From Auanema rhodensis (lineage: Eukaryota > Animalia > Nematoda): a DNA stretch of 64,000 nucleotides. The DNA is taken from NCBI GenBank assembly GCA_964057225.1, contig OZ059900.1:15004001-15068000 (forward strand), written 5' to 3'. A program made the position numbers and the translations under genes. The notes under the pieces are model-generated. The model had not been told where the DNA came from. It ran no database searches and saw nothing but the letters and a program-made list of their open reading frames with translations. Of the stretch, positions 1 to 12,234 are shown in pieces. Every line of letters begins with the position of its first letter. Position 1 is the stretch's first letter.

Positions 1-91
1 AAAACAACCTTTTTTCTAATAATTATCTTTTTTATCCGACTTTTGTAAAAAAACAAAAATAGCATAACATTCAATAACGATGAATCAGAAC

Positions 92-96
92 AAAAA
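92..96 (-). terminator. Pol III terminator (T5) 4 nt after the tRNA; same position in almost every unit
   Basis: Minus strand reads ...GGGGAG AATG TTTTT G; longer backup T-runs lie about 40 nt further downstream. Confidence 0.85.
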
Positions 97-100
97 CATT

Positions 101-172
101 CTCCCCGGCCGGGAATTGAACCCGGGTCTCGCATGTGACAGACGCGGATACTCACCACTATACTACCGAGGA
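101..172 (-). tRNA. tRNA-Asp-GTC: tRNA-Asp(GUC)
   Basis: TCCTCGG TA GTAT AGTGGTGA GTAT C CGCGT CT-GTC-AC ATGCG AGAC CCGGG TTCAATT CCCGG CCGGGGA G: full cloverleaf, A and B boxes, anticodon GTC, discriminator G73, no encoded CCA, no intron. Confidence 0.97.
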
Positions 173-538
173 TTGAATTTGCACTTAGAAACTTTCACTA
201 AGAGTGTGAGTTTGAATTATAGTAGAAAAATGAAACACTGTCTCTAACATATCTTGATTTATGGCCTACTTTACTCAAAGAGCTAATTGAAGTTTGGTGT
301 TAGAATGAACAATTGATTAACGCTGACGTTTCAATTTTTTTCATCGTAATTGAGATAGAACATTTAAATTAAATGGAAATGTTTAACGACTTAGAAAAAA
401 AACACAAGCTCAAATCACTTTTGAAAAAACAGAAAGTTTAAAACAACCTTTTTTCTAATAATTATCTTTTTTATCCGACTTTTGGAAGAAAAAAAAATAG
501 CATAACATTCAATAACGATGAATCAGAACAAAAACATT

Positions 539-610
539 CTCCCCGGCCGGGAATTGAACCCGGGTCTCGCATGTGACAGACGCGGATACTCACCACTATA
601 CTACCGAGGA
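539..610 (-). tRNA. tRNA-Asp-GTC: tRNA-Asp(GUC)
   Basis: as 101-172. Confidence 0.95.
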
Positions 611-976
611 TTGAATTTGCACTTAGAAACTTTCATTAAGAGTGTGAGTTTGAATTATAGTAGAAAAATGAAACACTGTCTCTAACATATCTTGATTTAT
701 GGCCTACTTTACTCAAAGAGCTAATGGAAGTTTGGTGTTAGAATGAACAATTGATTAACGCTGACGTTTCAATTTTTTTCATCGTACTTGAGATAGAACA
801 TTTAAATTAAATGGAAATGTTTAAAAATTTAGAAAAAATCACAAGCTCAAATCACTTTTGAAAAAACAGAAAGTTTAAAACAACTTTTTTTCTAATAATT
901 ATCTTTTTTATCCGACTTTTGTAAAAAAACAAAAATAGCATAACATTCAATAACGATGAATCAGAACAAAAACATT

Positions 977-1048
977 CTCCCCGGCCGGGAATTGAACCCG
1001 GGTCTCGCATGTGACAGACGCGGATACTCACCACTATACTACCGAGGA
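977..1048 (-). tRNA. tRNA-Asp-GTC: tRNA-Asp(GUC)
   Basis: as 101-172. Confidence 0.95.
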
Positions 1049-1414
1049 TTGAATTTGCACTTAGAAACTTTCTTTAAGAGTGTGAGTTTGAATTATAGTA
1101 GAAAAATGAAACACTGTCTCTAACATATCTTGATTTATGGCCTACTTTACTCAAAGAGCTAATTGAAGTTTGGTGTTAAAATGAACAATTGATTAACGCT
1201 GACGTTTCAATTTTTTTCATCGTAATTGAGATAGAACATTTAAATTAAATGGAAATGTTTAAAAATTTAGAAAAAATCACAAGCTCAAATCACTTTTGAA
1301 AAAACAGAAAGTTTAAAACAACCTTTTTTCTAATAATTATCTTTTTAATTCGACTTTTGGAAGAAAACAAAAATAGCATAACATTCAATAACGATGAATC
1401 AGAACAAAAACATT

Positions 1415-1486
1415 CTCCCCGGCCGGGAATTGAACCCGGGTCTCGCATGTGACAGACGCGGATACTCACCACTATACTACCGAGGA
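1415..1486 (-). tRNA. tRNA-Asp-GTC: tRNA-Asp(GUC)
   Basis: as 101-172; solo LTR 63 bp upstream. Confidence 0.95.
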
Positions 1487-1549
1487 TTGAATTTGCACTT
1501 AGAAACTTTCATTAAGAGTGTGAGTTTGAATTATAGTAGAAAAATGAAA

Positions 1550-1849
1550 TGTCGCTTTGGCGAAGGTATTCGGTTGTCGGTATTCCGCTGAGAATTAATA
1601 GAACAGATAGTCAGTGGTAGAATGCTTTATTAAAGAGAAAGTTAACAATATCAACAAAATATAGATCGTCTATACTCCGTTGAAGTAAGTTGAGGTATAT
1701 CGTATTTTCCGATCCCAAAGATGAAGATATGGGAAGGCGGGCCGAAAAGTACAATCTGAAATAGACAAAGTAAAGGAAAACGATAAAAACAAAACTGAAA
1801 TGGAACAAAACATAGAAAAAAGAATAAAAAATAATCGCTAACCGCGACA
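1550..1849. mobile_element. Solo LTR of an LTR retrotransposon (300 bp; family not assignable, BEL/Pao or Gypsy plausible)
   Basis: Starts TGTCGC and ends GCGACA (6-bp inverted termini, TG...CA); flanked by duplicated TGAAA (1545-1549, 1850-1854); unit is 743 = 438+300+5 bp; AATAAA on minus strand at 1626-1631 and on plus at 1823-1828; no PBS, PPT or coding sequence adjacent. Confidence 0.88.
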
Positions 1850-2157
1850 TGAAACACTGTCTCTAACATATCTTGATTTATGGCCTACTTTACTCAAAGA
1901 GCTAATTGAAGTTTGGTGTTAGAATGAACAATTGATTAACGCTGACGTTTCAATTTTTTTCATCGTAATTGAGATAGAACATTCAAATTAAATAGAAATG
2001 TTTAAAAATTTAGAAAAAATCACAAGCTCAAATCACTTTTGAAAAAACAGAAAGTTTAAAACAACCTTTTTTCTAATAATTATCTTTTTTATCCGACTTT
2101 TGTAAAAAAACAAAAATAGCATAACATTCAATAACGATGAATCAGAACAAAAACATT

Positions 2158-2229
2158 CTCCCCGGCCGGGAATTGAACCCGGGTCTCGCATGTGACAGAC
2201 GCGGATACTCACCACTATACTACCGAGGA
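2158..2229 (-). tRNA. tRNA-Asp-GTC: tRNA-Asp(GUC)
   Basis: as 101-172. Confidence 0.95.
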
Positions 2230-2595
2230 TTGAATTTGCACTTAGAAACTTTCATTAAGAGTGTGAGTTTGAATTATAGTAGAAAAATGAAACACTGTCT
2301 CTAACATATCTTGATTTATGGCCTACTTTACTCAAAGAGCTAATTGAAGTTTGGTGTTAAAATGAACAATTGATTAACGCTGACGTTTCAATTTTTTTCA
2401 TCGTAATTGAGATAGAACATTTAAATTAAATGGAAGTGTTTAAAAATTTAGAAAAAATCACAAGCTCAAATCACTTTTGAAAAAACAGAAAGTTTAAAAC
2501 AACCTTTTTTCTAATAATTATCTTTTTAATTCGACTTTTGGAAGAAAACAAAAATAGCATAACATTCAATAACGATGAATCAGAACAAAAACATT

Positions 2596-2667
2596 CTCCC
2601 CGGCCGGGAATTGAACCCGGGTCTCGCATGTGACAGACGCGGATACTCACCACTATACTACCGAGGA
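2596..2667 (-). tRNA. tRNA-Asp-GTC: tRNA-Asp(GUC)
   Basis: as 101-172. Confidence 0.95.
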
Positions 2668-3033
2668 TTGAATTTGCACTTAGAAACTTTCATTAAGAGT
2701 GTGAGTTTGAATTATAGTAGAAAAATGAAACACTGTCTCTAAGATATCTTGATTTATGGCCTACTTTACTCAAAGAGCTAATTGAAGTTTGGTGTTAAAA
2801 TGAACAATTGATTAACGCTGACGTTTCAATTTTTTTCATCGTAATTGAGATAGAACATTTAAATTAAATGGAAATGTTTAAAAATTTAGAAAAAATCACA
2901 AGCTCAAATCACTTTTGAAAAAACAGAAAGTTTAAAACAACCTTTTTTCTAATAATTATCTTTTTAATTCGACTTTTGGAAGAAAACAAAAATAGCATAA
3001 CATTCAATAACGATGAATCAGAACAAAAACATT

Positions 3034-3105
3034 CTCCCCGGCCGGGAATTGAACCCGGGTCTCGCATGTGACAGACGCGGATACTCACCACTATACTACC
3101 GAGGA
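3034..3105 (-). tRNA. tRNA-Asp-GTC: tRNA-Asp(GUC)
   Basis: as 101-172. Confidence 0.95.
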
Positions 3106-3471
3106 TTGAATTTGCACTTAGAAACTTTCATTAAGAGTGTGAGTTTGAATTATAGTAGAAAAATGAAACACTGTCTCTAAGATATCTTGATTTATGGCCT
3201 ACTTTACTCAAAGAGCTAATTGAAGTTTGGTGTTAAAATGAACAATTGATTAACGCTGACGTTTCAATTTTTTTCATCGTAATTGAGATAGAACATTTAA
3301 ATTAAATGGAAATGTTTAAAAATTTAGAAAAAATCACAAGCTCAAATCACTTTTGAAAAAACAGAAAGTTTAAAACAACCTTTTTTCTAATAATTATCTT
3401 TTTAATTCGACTTTTGGAAGAAAACAAAAATAGTATAACATTCAATAACGATGAATCAGAACAAAAACATT

Positions 3472-3543
3472 CTCCCCGGCCGGGAATTGAACCCGGGTCT
3501 CGCATGTGACAGACGCGGATACTCACCACTATACTACCGAGGA
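3472..3543 (-). tRNA. tRNA-Asp-GTC: tRNA-Asp(GUC)
   Basis: as 101-172. Confidence 0.95.
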
Positions 3544-3909
3544 TTGAATTTGCACTTAGAAACTTTCATTAAGAGTGTGAGTTTGAATTATAGTAGAAAA
3601 ATGAAACACTGTCTCTAAGATATCTTGATTTATGGCCTACTTTACTCAAAGAGCTAATTGAAGTTTGGTGTTAAAATGAACAATTGATTAACGCTGACGT
3701 TTCAATTTTTTTCATCGTAATTGAGATAGAACATTTAAATTAAATGGAAATGTTTAAAAATTTAGAAAAAATCACAAGCTCAAATCACTTTTGAAAAAAC
3801 AGAAAGTTTAAAACAACCTTTTTTCTAATAATTATCTTTTTAATTCGACTTTTGGAAGAAAACAAAAATAGCATAACATTCAATAACGATGAATCAGAAC
3901 AAAAACATT

Positions 3910-3981
3910 CTCCCCGGCCGGGAATTGAACCCGGGTCTCGCATGTGACAGACGCGGATACTCACCACTATACTACCGAGGA
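3910..3981 (-). tRNA. tRNA-Asp-GTC: tRNA-Asp(GUC)
   Basis: as 101-172. Confidence 0.95.
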
Positions 3982-4348
3982 TTGAATTTGCACTTAGAAA
4001 CTTTCATTAAGAGTGTGAGTTTGAATTATAGTAGAAAAATGAAACACTGTCTCTAACATATCTTGATTTATGGCCTACTTTACTCAAAGAGCTAATTGAA
4101 GTTTGGTGTTAGAATGAACAATTGATTAACGCTGACGTTTCAATTTTTTTCATCGTAATTGAGATAGAACATTTAAATTAAATGGAAATGTTTAACGACT
4201 TAGAAAAAAAACACAAGCTCAAATCACTTTTGAAAAAACAGAAAGTTTAAAACAACCTTTTTTCTAATAATTATCTTTTTTATCCGACTTTTGGAAGAAA
4301 ACAAAAATAGCATAACATTCAATAACGATGAATCAGAACAAAAACATT

Positions 4349-4420
4349 CTCCCCGGCCGGGAATTGAACCCGGGTCTCGCATGTGACAGACGCGGATACT
4401 CACCACTATACTACCGAGGA
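4349..4420 (-). tRNA. tRNA-Asp-GTC: tRNA-Asp(GUC)
   Basis: as 101-172. Confidence 0.95.
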
Positions 4421-4786
4421 TTGAATTTGCACTTAGAAACTTTCATTAAGAGTGTGAGTTTGAATTATAGTAGAAAAATGAAACACTGTCTCTAACATAT
4501 CTTGATTTATGGCCTACTTTACTCAAAGAGCTAATGGAAGTTTGGTGTTAGAATGAACAATTGATTAACGCTGACGTTTCAATTTTTTTCATCGTACTTG
4601 AGATAGAACATTTAAATTAAATGAAAATGTTTAAAAATTTAGAAAAAATCACAAGCTCAAATCACTTTTGAAAAAACAGAAAGTTTAAAACAACTTTTTT
4701 TCTAATAATTATCTTTTTTATCCGACTTTTGTAAAAAAACAAAAATAGCATAACATTCAATAACGATGAATCAGAACAAAAACATT

Positions 4787-4858
4787 CTCCCCGGCCGGGA
4801 ATTGAACCCGGGTCTCGCATGTGACAGACGCGGATACTCACCACTATACTACCGAGGA
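4787..4858 (-). tRNA. tRNA-Asp-GTC: tRNA-Asp(GUC)
   Basis: as 101-172. Confidence 0.95.
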
Positions 4859-5224
4859 TTGAATTTGCACTTAGAAACTTTCTTTAAGAGTGTGAGTTTG
4901 AATTATAGTAGAAAAATGAAACACTGTCTCTAACATATCTTGATTTATGGCCTACTTTACTCAAAGAGCTAATTGAAGTTTGGTGTTAAAATGAACAATT
5001 GATTAACGCTGACGTTTCAATTTTTTTCATCGTAATTGAGATAGAACATTTAAATTAAATGGAAATGTTTAAAAATTTAGAAAAAATCACAAGCTCAAAT
5101 CACTTTTGAAAAAACAGAAAGTTGAAAACAACCTTTTTTCTAATAATTATCTTTTTAATTCGACTTTTGGAAGAAAACAAAAATAGCATAACATTCAATA
5201 ACGATGAATCAGAACAAAAACATT

Positions 5225-5296
5225 CTCCCCGGCCGGGAATTGAACCCGGGTCTCGCATGTGACAGACGCGGATACTCACCACTATACTACCGAGGA
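5225..5296 (-). tRNA. tRNA-Asp-GTC: tRNA-Asp(GUC)
   Basis: as 101-172. Confidence 0.95.
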
Positions 5297-5662
5297 TTGA
5301 ATTTGCACTTAGAAACTTTCATTAAGAGTGTGAGTTTGAATTATAGTAGAAAAATGAAACACTGTCTCTAACATATCTTGATTTATGGCCTACTTTACTC
5401 AAAGAGCTAATTGAAGTTTGGTGTTAGAATGAACAATTGATTAACGCTGACGTTTCAATTTTTTTCATCGTAATTGAGATAGAACATTCAAATTAAATAG
5501 AAATGTTTAAAAATTTAGAAAAAATCACAAGCTCAAATCACTTTTGAAAAAACAGAAAGTTTAAAACAACCTTTTTTCTAATAATTATCTTTTTTATCCG
5601 ACTTTTGTAAAAAAACAAAAATAGCATAACATTCAATAACGATGAATCAGAACAAAAACATT

Positions 5663-5734
5663 CTCCCCGGCCGGGAATTGAACCCGGGTCTCGCATGTGA
5701 CAGACGCGGATACTCACCACTATACTACCGAGGA
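5663..5734 (-). tRNA. tRNA-Asp-GTC: tRNA-Asp(GUC)
   Basis: as 101-172. Confidence 0.95.
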
Positions 5735-6100
5735 TTGAATTTGCACTTAGAAACTTTCATTAAGAGTGTGAGTTTGAATTATAGTAGAAAAATGAAACAC
5801 TGTCTCTAACATATCTTGATTTATGGCCTACTTTACTCAAAGAGCTAATTGAAGTTTGGTGTTAAAATGAACAATTGATTAACGCTGACGTTTCAATTTT
5901 TTTCATCGTACTTGAGATAGAACATTTAAATTAAATGGAAGTGTTTAAAAATTTAGAAAAAATCACAAGCTCAAATCACTTTTGAAAAAACAGAAAGTTT
6001 AAAACAACCTTTTTTCTAATAATTATCTTTTTAATTCGACTTTTGGAAGAAAACAAAAATAGCATAACATTCAATAACGATGAATCAGAACAAAAACATT

Positions 6101-6172
6101 CTCCCCGGCCGGGAATTGAACCCGGGTCTCGCATGTGACAGACGCGGATACTCACCACTATACTACCGAGGA
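6101..6172 (-). tRNA. tRNA-Asp-GTC: tRNA-Asp(GUC)
   Basis: as 101-172. Confidence 0.95.
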
Positions 6173-6538
6173 TTGAATTTGCACTTAGAAACTTTCACTA
6201 AGAGTGTGAGTTTGAATTATAGTAGAAAAATGAAACACTGTCTCTAACATATCTTGATTTATGGCCTACTTTACTCAAAGAGCTAATTGAAGTTTGGTGT
6301 TAAAATGAACAATTGATTAACGCTGACGTTTCAATTTTTTTCATCGTAATTGAGATAGAACATTTAAATTAAATGGAAATGTTTAAAAATTTAGAAAAAA
6401 TCACAAGCTCAAATCACTTTTGAAAAAACAGAAAGTTTAAAACAACCTTTTTTCTAATAATTATCTTTTTAATTCGACTTTTGGAAGAAAACAAAAATAG
6501 CATAACATTCAATAACGATGAATCAGAACAAAAACATT

Positions 6539-6610
6539 CTCCCCGGCCGGGAATTGAACCCGGGTCTCGCATGTGACAGACGCGGATACTCACCACTATA
6601 CTACCGAGGA
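6539..6610 (-). tRNA. tRNA-Asp-GTC: tRNA-Asp(GUC)
   Basis: as 101-172. Confidence 0.95.
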
Positions 6611-6976
6611 TTGAATTTGCACTTAGAAACTTTCATTAAGAGTGTGAGTTTGAATTATAGTAGAAAAATGAAACACTGTCTCTAACATATCTTGATTTAT
6701 GGCCTACTTTACTCAAAGAGCTAATTGAAGTTTGGTGTTAGAATGAACAATTGATTAACGCTGACGTTTCAATTTTTTTCATCGTAATTGAGATAGAACA
6801 TTCAAATTAAATAGAAATGTTTAAAAATTTAGAAAAAATCACAAGCTCAAATCACTTTTGAAAAAACAGAAAGTTTAAAACAACCTTTTTTCTAATAATT
6901 ATCTTTTTTATCCGACTTTTGTAAAAAAACAAAAATAGCATAACATTCAATAACGATGAATCAGAACAAAAACATT

Positions 6977-7048
6977 CTCCCCGGCCGGGAATTGAACCCG
7001 GGTCTCGCATGTGACAGACGCGGATACTCACCACTATACTACCGAGGA
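6977..7048 (-). tRNA. tRNA-Asp-GTC: tRNA-Asp(GUC)
   Basis: as 101-172. Confidence 0.95.
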
Positions 7049-7414
7049 TTGAATTTGCACTTAGAAACTTTCATTAAGAGTGTGAGTTTGAATTATAGTA
7101 GAAAAATGAAACACTGTCTCTAACATATCTTGATTTATGGCCTACTTTACTCAAAGAGCTAATTGAAGTTTGGTGTTAAAATGAACAATTGATTAACGCT
7201 GACGTTTCAATTTTTTTCATCGTAATTGAGATAGAACATTTAAATTAAATGGAAGTGTTTAAAAATTTAGAAAAAATCACAAGCTCAAATCACTTTTGAA
7301 AAAACAGAAAGTTTAAAACAACCTTTTTTCTAATAATTATCTTTTTAATTCGACTTTTGGAAGAAAACAAAAATAGCATAACATTCAATAACGATGAATC
7401 AGAACAAAAACATT

Positions 7415-7486
7415 CTCCCCGGCCGGGAATTGAACCCGGGTCTCGCATGTGACAGACGCGGATACTCACCACTATACTACCGAGGA
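7415..7486 (-). tRNA. tRNA-Asp-GTC: tRNA-Asp(GUC)
   Basis: as 101-172. Confidence 0.95.
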
Positions 7487-7853
7487 TTGAATTTGCACTT
7501 AGAAACTTTCACTAAGAGTGTGAGTTTGAATTATAGTAGAAAAATGAAACACTGTCTCTAACATATCTTGATTTATGGCCTACTTTACTCAAAGAGCTAA
7601 TTGAAGTTTGGTGTTAGAATGAACAATTGATTAACGCTGACGTTTCAATTTTTTTCATCGTAATTGAGATAGAACATTTAAATTAAATGGAAATGTTTAA
7701 CGACTTAGAAAAAAAACACAAGCTCAAATCACTTTTGAAAAAACAGAAAGTTTAAAACAACCTTTTTTCTAATAATTATCTTTTTTATCCGACTTTTGGA
7801 AGAAAACAAAAATAGCATAACATTCAATAACGATGAATCAGAACAAAAACATT

Positions 7854-7925
7854 CTCCCCGGCCGGGAATTGAACCCGGGTCTCGCATGTGACAGACGCGG
7901 ATACTCACCACTATACTACCGAGGA
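7854..7925 (-). tRNA. tRNA-Asp-GTC: tRNA-Asp(GUC)
   Basis: as 101-172. Confidence 0.95.
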
Positions 7926-8291
7926 TTGAATTTGCACTTAGAAACTTTCATTAAGAGTGTGAGTTTGAATTATAGTAGAAAAATGAAACACTGTCTCTAA
8001 CATATCTTGATTTATGGCCTACTTTACTCAAAGAGCTAATGGAAGTTTGGTGTTAGAATGAACAATTGATTAACGCTGACGTTTCAATTTTTTTCATCGT
8101 ACTTGAGATAGAACATTTAAATTAAATGAAAATGTTTAAAAATTTAGAAAAAATCACAAGCTCAAATCACTTTTGAAAAAACAGAAAGTTTAAAACAACT
8201 TTTTTTCTAATAATTATCTTTTTTATCCGACTTTTGTAAAAAAACAAAAATAGCATAACATTCAATAACGATGAATCAGAACAAAAACATT

Positions 8292-8363
8292 CTCCCCGGC
8301 CGGGAATTGAACCCGGGTCTCGCATGTGACAGACGCGGATACTCACCACTATACTACCGAGGA
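8292..8363 (-). tRNA. tRNA-Asp-GTC: tRNA-Asp(GUC)
   Basis: as 101-172. Confidence 0.95.
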
Positions 8364-8729
8364 TTGAATTTGCACTTAGAAACTTTCTTTAAGAGTGTGA
8401 GTTTGAATTATAGTAGAAAAATGAAACACTGTCTCTAACATATCTTGATTTATGGCCTACTTTACTCAAAGAGCTAATTGAAGTTTGGTGTTAAAATGAA
8501 CAATTGATTAACGCTGACGTTTCAATTTTTTTCATCGTAATTGAGATAGAACATTTAAATTAAATGGAAATGTTTAAAAATTTAGAAAAAATCACAAGCT
8601 CAAATCACTTTTGAAAAAACAGAAAGTTGAAAACAACCTTTTTTCTAATAATTATCTTTTTAATTCGACTTTTGGAAGAAAACAAAAATAGCATAACATT
8701 CAATAACGATGAATCAGAACAAAAACATT

Positions 8730-8801
8730 CTCCCCGGCCGGGAATTGAACCCGGGTCTCGCATGTGACAGACGCGGATACTCACCACTATACTACCGAGG
8801 A
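8730..8801 (-). tRNA. tRNA-Asp-GTC: tRNA-Asp(GUC)
   Basis: as 101-172. Confidence 0.95.
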
Positions 8802-9167
8802 TTGAATTTGCACTTAGAAACTTTCATTAAGAGTGTGAGTTTGAATTATAGTAGAAAAATGAAACACTGTCTCTAACATATCTTGATTTATGGCCTACTT
8901 TACTCAAAGAGCTAATGAAAGTTTGGTGTTAGAATGAACAATTGATTAACGCTGACGTTTCAATTTTTTTCATCGTACTTGAGATAGAACATTTAAATTA
9001 AATGGAAATGTTTAAAAATTTAGAAAAAATCACAAGCTCAAATCACTTTTGAAAAAACAGAAAGTTTAAAACAACTTTTTTTCTAATAATTATCTTTTTT
9101 ATCCGACTTTTGTAAAAAAACAAAAATAGCATAACATTCAATAACGATGAATCAGAACAAAAACATT

Positions 9168-9239
9168 CTCCCCGGCCGGGAATTGAACCCGGGTCTCGCA
9201 TGTGACAGACGCGGATACTCACCACTATACTACCGAGGA
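9168..9239 (-). tRNA. tRNA-Asp-GTC: tRNA-Asp(GUC)
   Basis: as 101-172. Confidence 0.95.
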
Positions 9240-9605
9240 TTGAATTTGCACTTAGAAACTTTCATTAAGAGTGTGAGTTTGAATTATAGTAGAAAAATGA
9301 AACACTGTGTCTAACATATCTTGATTTATGGCCTACTTTACTCAAAGAGCTAATTGAAGTTTGGTGTTAGAATGAACAATTGATTAACGCTGACGTTTCA
9401 ATTTTTTTCATCGTAATTGAGATAGAACATTTAAATTAAATGGAAATGTTTAAAAATTTAGAAAAAATCACAAGCTCAAATCACTTTTGAAAAAACAGAA
9501 AGTTTAAAACAACCTTTTTTCTAATACTTATCTTTTTTATCCGACTTTTGTAAAAAAACAAAAATAGCATAACATTCAATAACGATGAATCAGAACAAAA
9601 ACATT

Positions 9606-9677
9606 CTCCCCGGCCGGGAATTGAACCCGGGTCTCGCATGTGACAGACGCGGATACTCACCACTATACTACCGAGGA
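9606..9677 (-). tRNA. tRNA-Asp-GTC: tRNA-Asp(GUC)
   Basis: as 101-172. Confidence 0.95.
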
Positions 9678-10043
9678 TTGAATTTGCACTTAGAAACTTT
9701 CATTAAGAGTGTGAGTTTGAATTATAGTAGAAAAATGAAACACTGTCTCTAACATATCTTGATTTATGGCCTACTTTACTCAAAGAGCTAATTGAAGTTT
9801 GGTGTTAAAATGAACAATTGATTAACGCTGACGTTTCAATTTTTTTCATCGTAATTGAGATAGAACATTTAAATTAAATGGAAGTGTTTAAAAATTTAGA
9901 AAAAATCACAAGCTCAAATCACTTTTGAAAAAACAGAAAGTTTAAAACAACCTTTTTTCTAATAATTATCTTTTTAATTCGACTTTTGGAAGAAAACAAA
10001 AATAGCATAACATTCAATAACGATGAATCAGAACAAAAACATT

Positions 10044-10115
10044 CTCCCCGGCCGGGAATTGAACCCGGGTCTCGCATGTGACAGACGCGGATACTCACCA
10101 CTATACTACCGAGGA
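10044..10115 (-). tRNA. tRNA-Asp-GTC: tRNA-Asp(GUC)
   Basis: as 101-172. Confidence 0.95.
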
Positions 10116-10481
10116 TTGAATTTGCACTTAGAAACTTTCACTAAGAGTGTGAGTTTGAATTATAGTAGAAAAATGAAACACTGTCTCTAACATATCTTGA
10201 TTTATGGCCTACTTTACTCAAAGAGCTAATTGAAGTTTGGTGTTAGAATGAACAATTGATTAACGCTGACGTTTCAATTTTTTTCATCGTAATTGAGATA
10301 GAACATTTAAATTAAATGGAAATGTTTAAAAATTTAGAAAAAATCACAAGCTCAAATCACTTTTGAAAAAACAGAAAGTTTAAAACAACCTTTTTTCTAA
10401 TACTTATCTTTTTTATCCGACTTTTGTAAAAAAACAAAAATAGCATAACATTCAATAACGATGAATCAGAACAAAAACATT

Positions 10482-10553
10482 CTCCCCGGCCGGGAATTGA
10501 ACCCGGGTCTCGCATGTGACAGACGCGGATACTCACCACTATACTACCGAGGA
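10482..10553 (-). tRNA. tRNA-Asp-GTC: tRNA-Asp(GUC)
   Basis: as 101-172. Confidence 0.95.
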
Positions 10554-10919
10554 TTGAATTTGCACTTAGAAACTTTCATTAAGAGTGTGAGTTTGAATTA
10601 TAGTAGAAAAATGAAACACTGTCTCTAACATATCTTGATTTATGGCCTACTTTACTCAAAGAGCTAATTGAAGTTTGGTGTTAAAATGAACAATTGATTA
10701 ACGCTGACGTTTCAATTTTTTTCATCGTAATTGAGATAGAACATTTAAATTAAATGGAAGTGTTTAAAAATTTAGAAAAAATCACAAGCTCAAATCACTT
10801 TTGAAAAAACAGAAAGTTTAAAACAACCTTTTTTCTAATAATTATCTTTTTAATTCGACTTTTGGAAGAAAACAAAAATAGCATAACATTCAATAACGAT
10901 GAATCAGAACAAAAACATT

Positions 10920-10991
10920 CTCCCCGGCCGGGAATTGAACCCGGGTCTCGCATGTGACAGACGCGGATACTCACCACTATACTACCGAGGA
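10920..10991 (-). tRNA. tRNA-Asp-GTC: tRNA-Asp(GUC)
   Basis: as 101-172. Confidence 0.95.
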
Positions 10992-11358
10992 TTGAATTTG
11001 CACTTAGAAACTTTCACTAAGAGTGTGAGTTTGAATTATAGTAGAAAAATGAAACACTGTCTCTAACATATCTTGATTTATGGCCTACTTTACTCAAAGA
11101 GCTAATTGAAGTTTGGTGTTAGAATGAACAATTGATTAACGCTGACGTTTCAATTTTTTTCATCGTAATTGAGATAGAACATTTAAATTAAATGGAAATG
11201 TTTAACGACTTAGAAAAAAAACACAAGCTCAAATCACTTTTGAAAAAACAGAAAGTTTAAAACAACCTTTTTTCTAATAATTATCTTTTTTATCCGACTT
11301 TTGGAAGAAAACAAAAATAGCATAACATTCAATAACGATGAATCAGAACAAAAACATT

Positions 11359-11430
11359 CTCCCCGGCCGGGAATTGAACCCGGGTCTCGCATGTGACAGA
11401 CGCGGATACTCACCACTATACTACCGAGGA
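11359..11430 (-). tRNA. tRNA-Asp-GTC: tRNA-Asp(GUC)
   Basis: as 101-172. Confidence 0.95.
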
Positions 11431-11796
11431 TTGAATTTGCACTTAGAAACTTTCATTAAGAGTGTGAGTTTGAATTATAGTAGAAAAATGAAACACTGTC
11501 TCTAACATATCTTGATTTATGGCCTACTTTACTCAAAGAGCTAATTGAAGTTTGGTGTTAGAATGAACAATTGATTAACGCTGACGTTTCAATTTTTTTC
11601 ATCGTAATTGAGATAGAACATTCAAATTAAATAGAAATGTTTAAAAATTTAGAAAAAATCACAAGCTCAAATCACTTTTGAAAAAACAGAAAGTTTAAAA
11701 CAACCTTTTTTCTAATAATTATCTTTTTTATCCGACTTTTGTAAAAAAACAAAAATAGCATAACATTCAATAACGATGAATCAGAACAAAAACATT

Positions 11797-11868
11797 CTCC
11801 CCGGCCGGGTATTGAACCCGGGTCTCGCATGTGACAGACGCGGATACTCACCACTATACTACCGAGGA
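11797..11868 (-). tRNA. tRNA-Asp-GTC: tRNA-Asp(GUC), T-loop U60A variant
   Basis: a>t at 11810. Confidence 0.88.
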
Positions 11869-12234
11869 TTGAATTTGCACTTAGAAACTTTCATTAAGAG
11901 TGTGAGTTTGAATTATAGTAGAAAAATGAAACACTGTCTCTAACATATCTTGATTTATGGCCTACTTTACTCAAAGAGCTAATTGAAGTTTGGTGTTAGA
12001 ATGAACAATTGATTAACGCTGACGTTTCAATTTTTTTCATCGTAATTGAGATAGAACATTCAAATTAAATAGAAATGTTTAAAAATTTAGAAAAAATCAC
12101 AAGCTCAAATCACTTTTGAAAAAACAGAAAGTTTAAAACAACCTTTTTTCTAATAATTATCTTTTTTATCCGACTTTTGTAAAAAAACAAAAATAGCATA
12201 ACATTCAATAACGATGAATCAGAACAAAAACATT

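Noticed and set aside
216-221. TATAAT 44-49 bp upstream of each tRNA (minus strand)
   Set aside because: Too short and expected in AT-rich DNA, and further upstream than the usual -25 to -35 TBP site; not supportable as a promoter element.
101-538. Unit as a tRNA-derived SINE
   Set aside because: The tRNA is a perfect cloverleaf followed directly by a terminator; there is no SINE body, A-tail or TSD per unit.
1611-1869. 72- and 79-aa Phe-rich ORFs
   Set aside because: Chance frames through the T-rich strand of the solo LTR; no recognisable domain.
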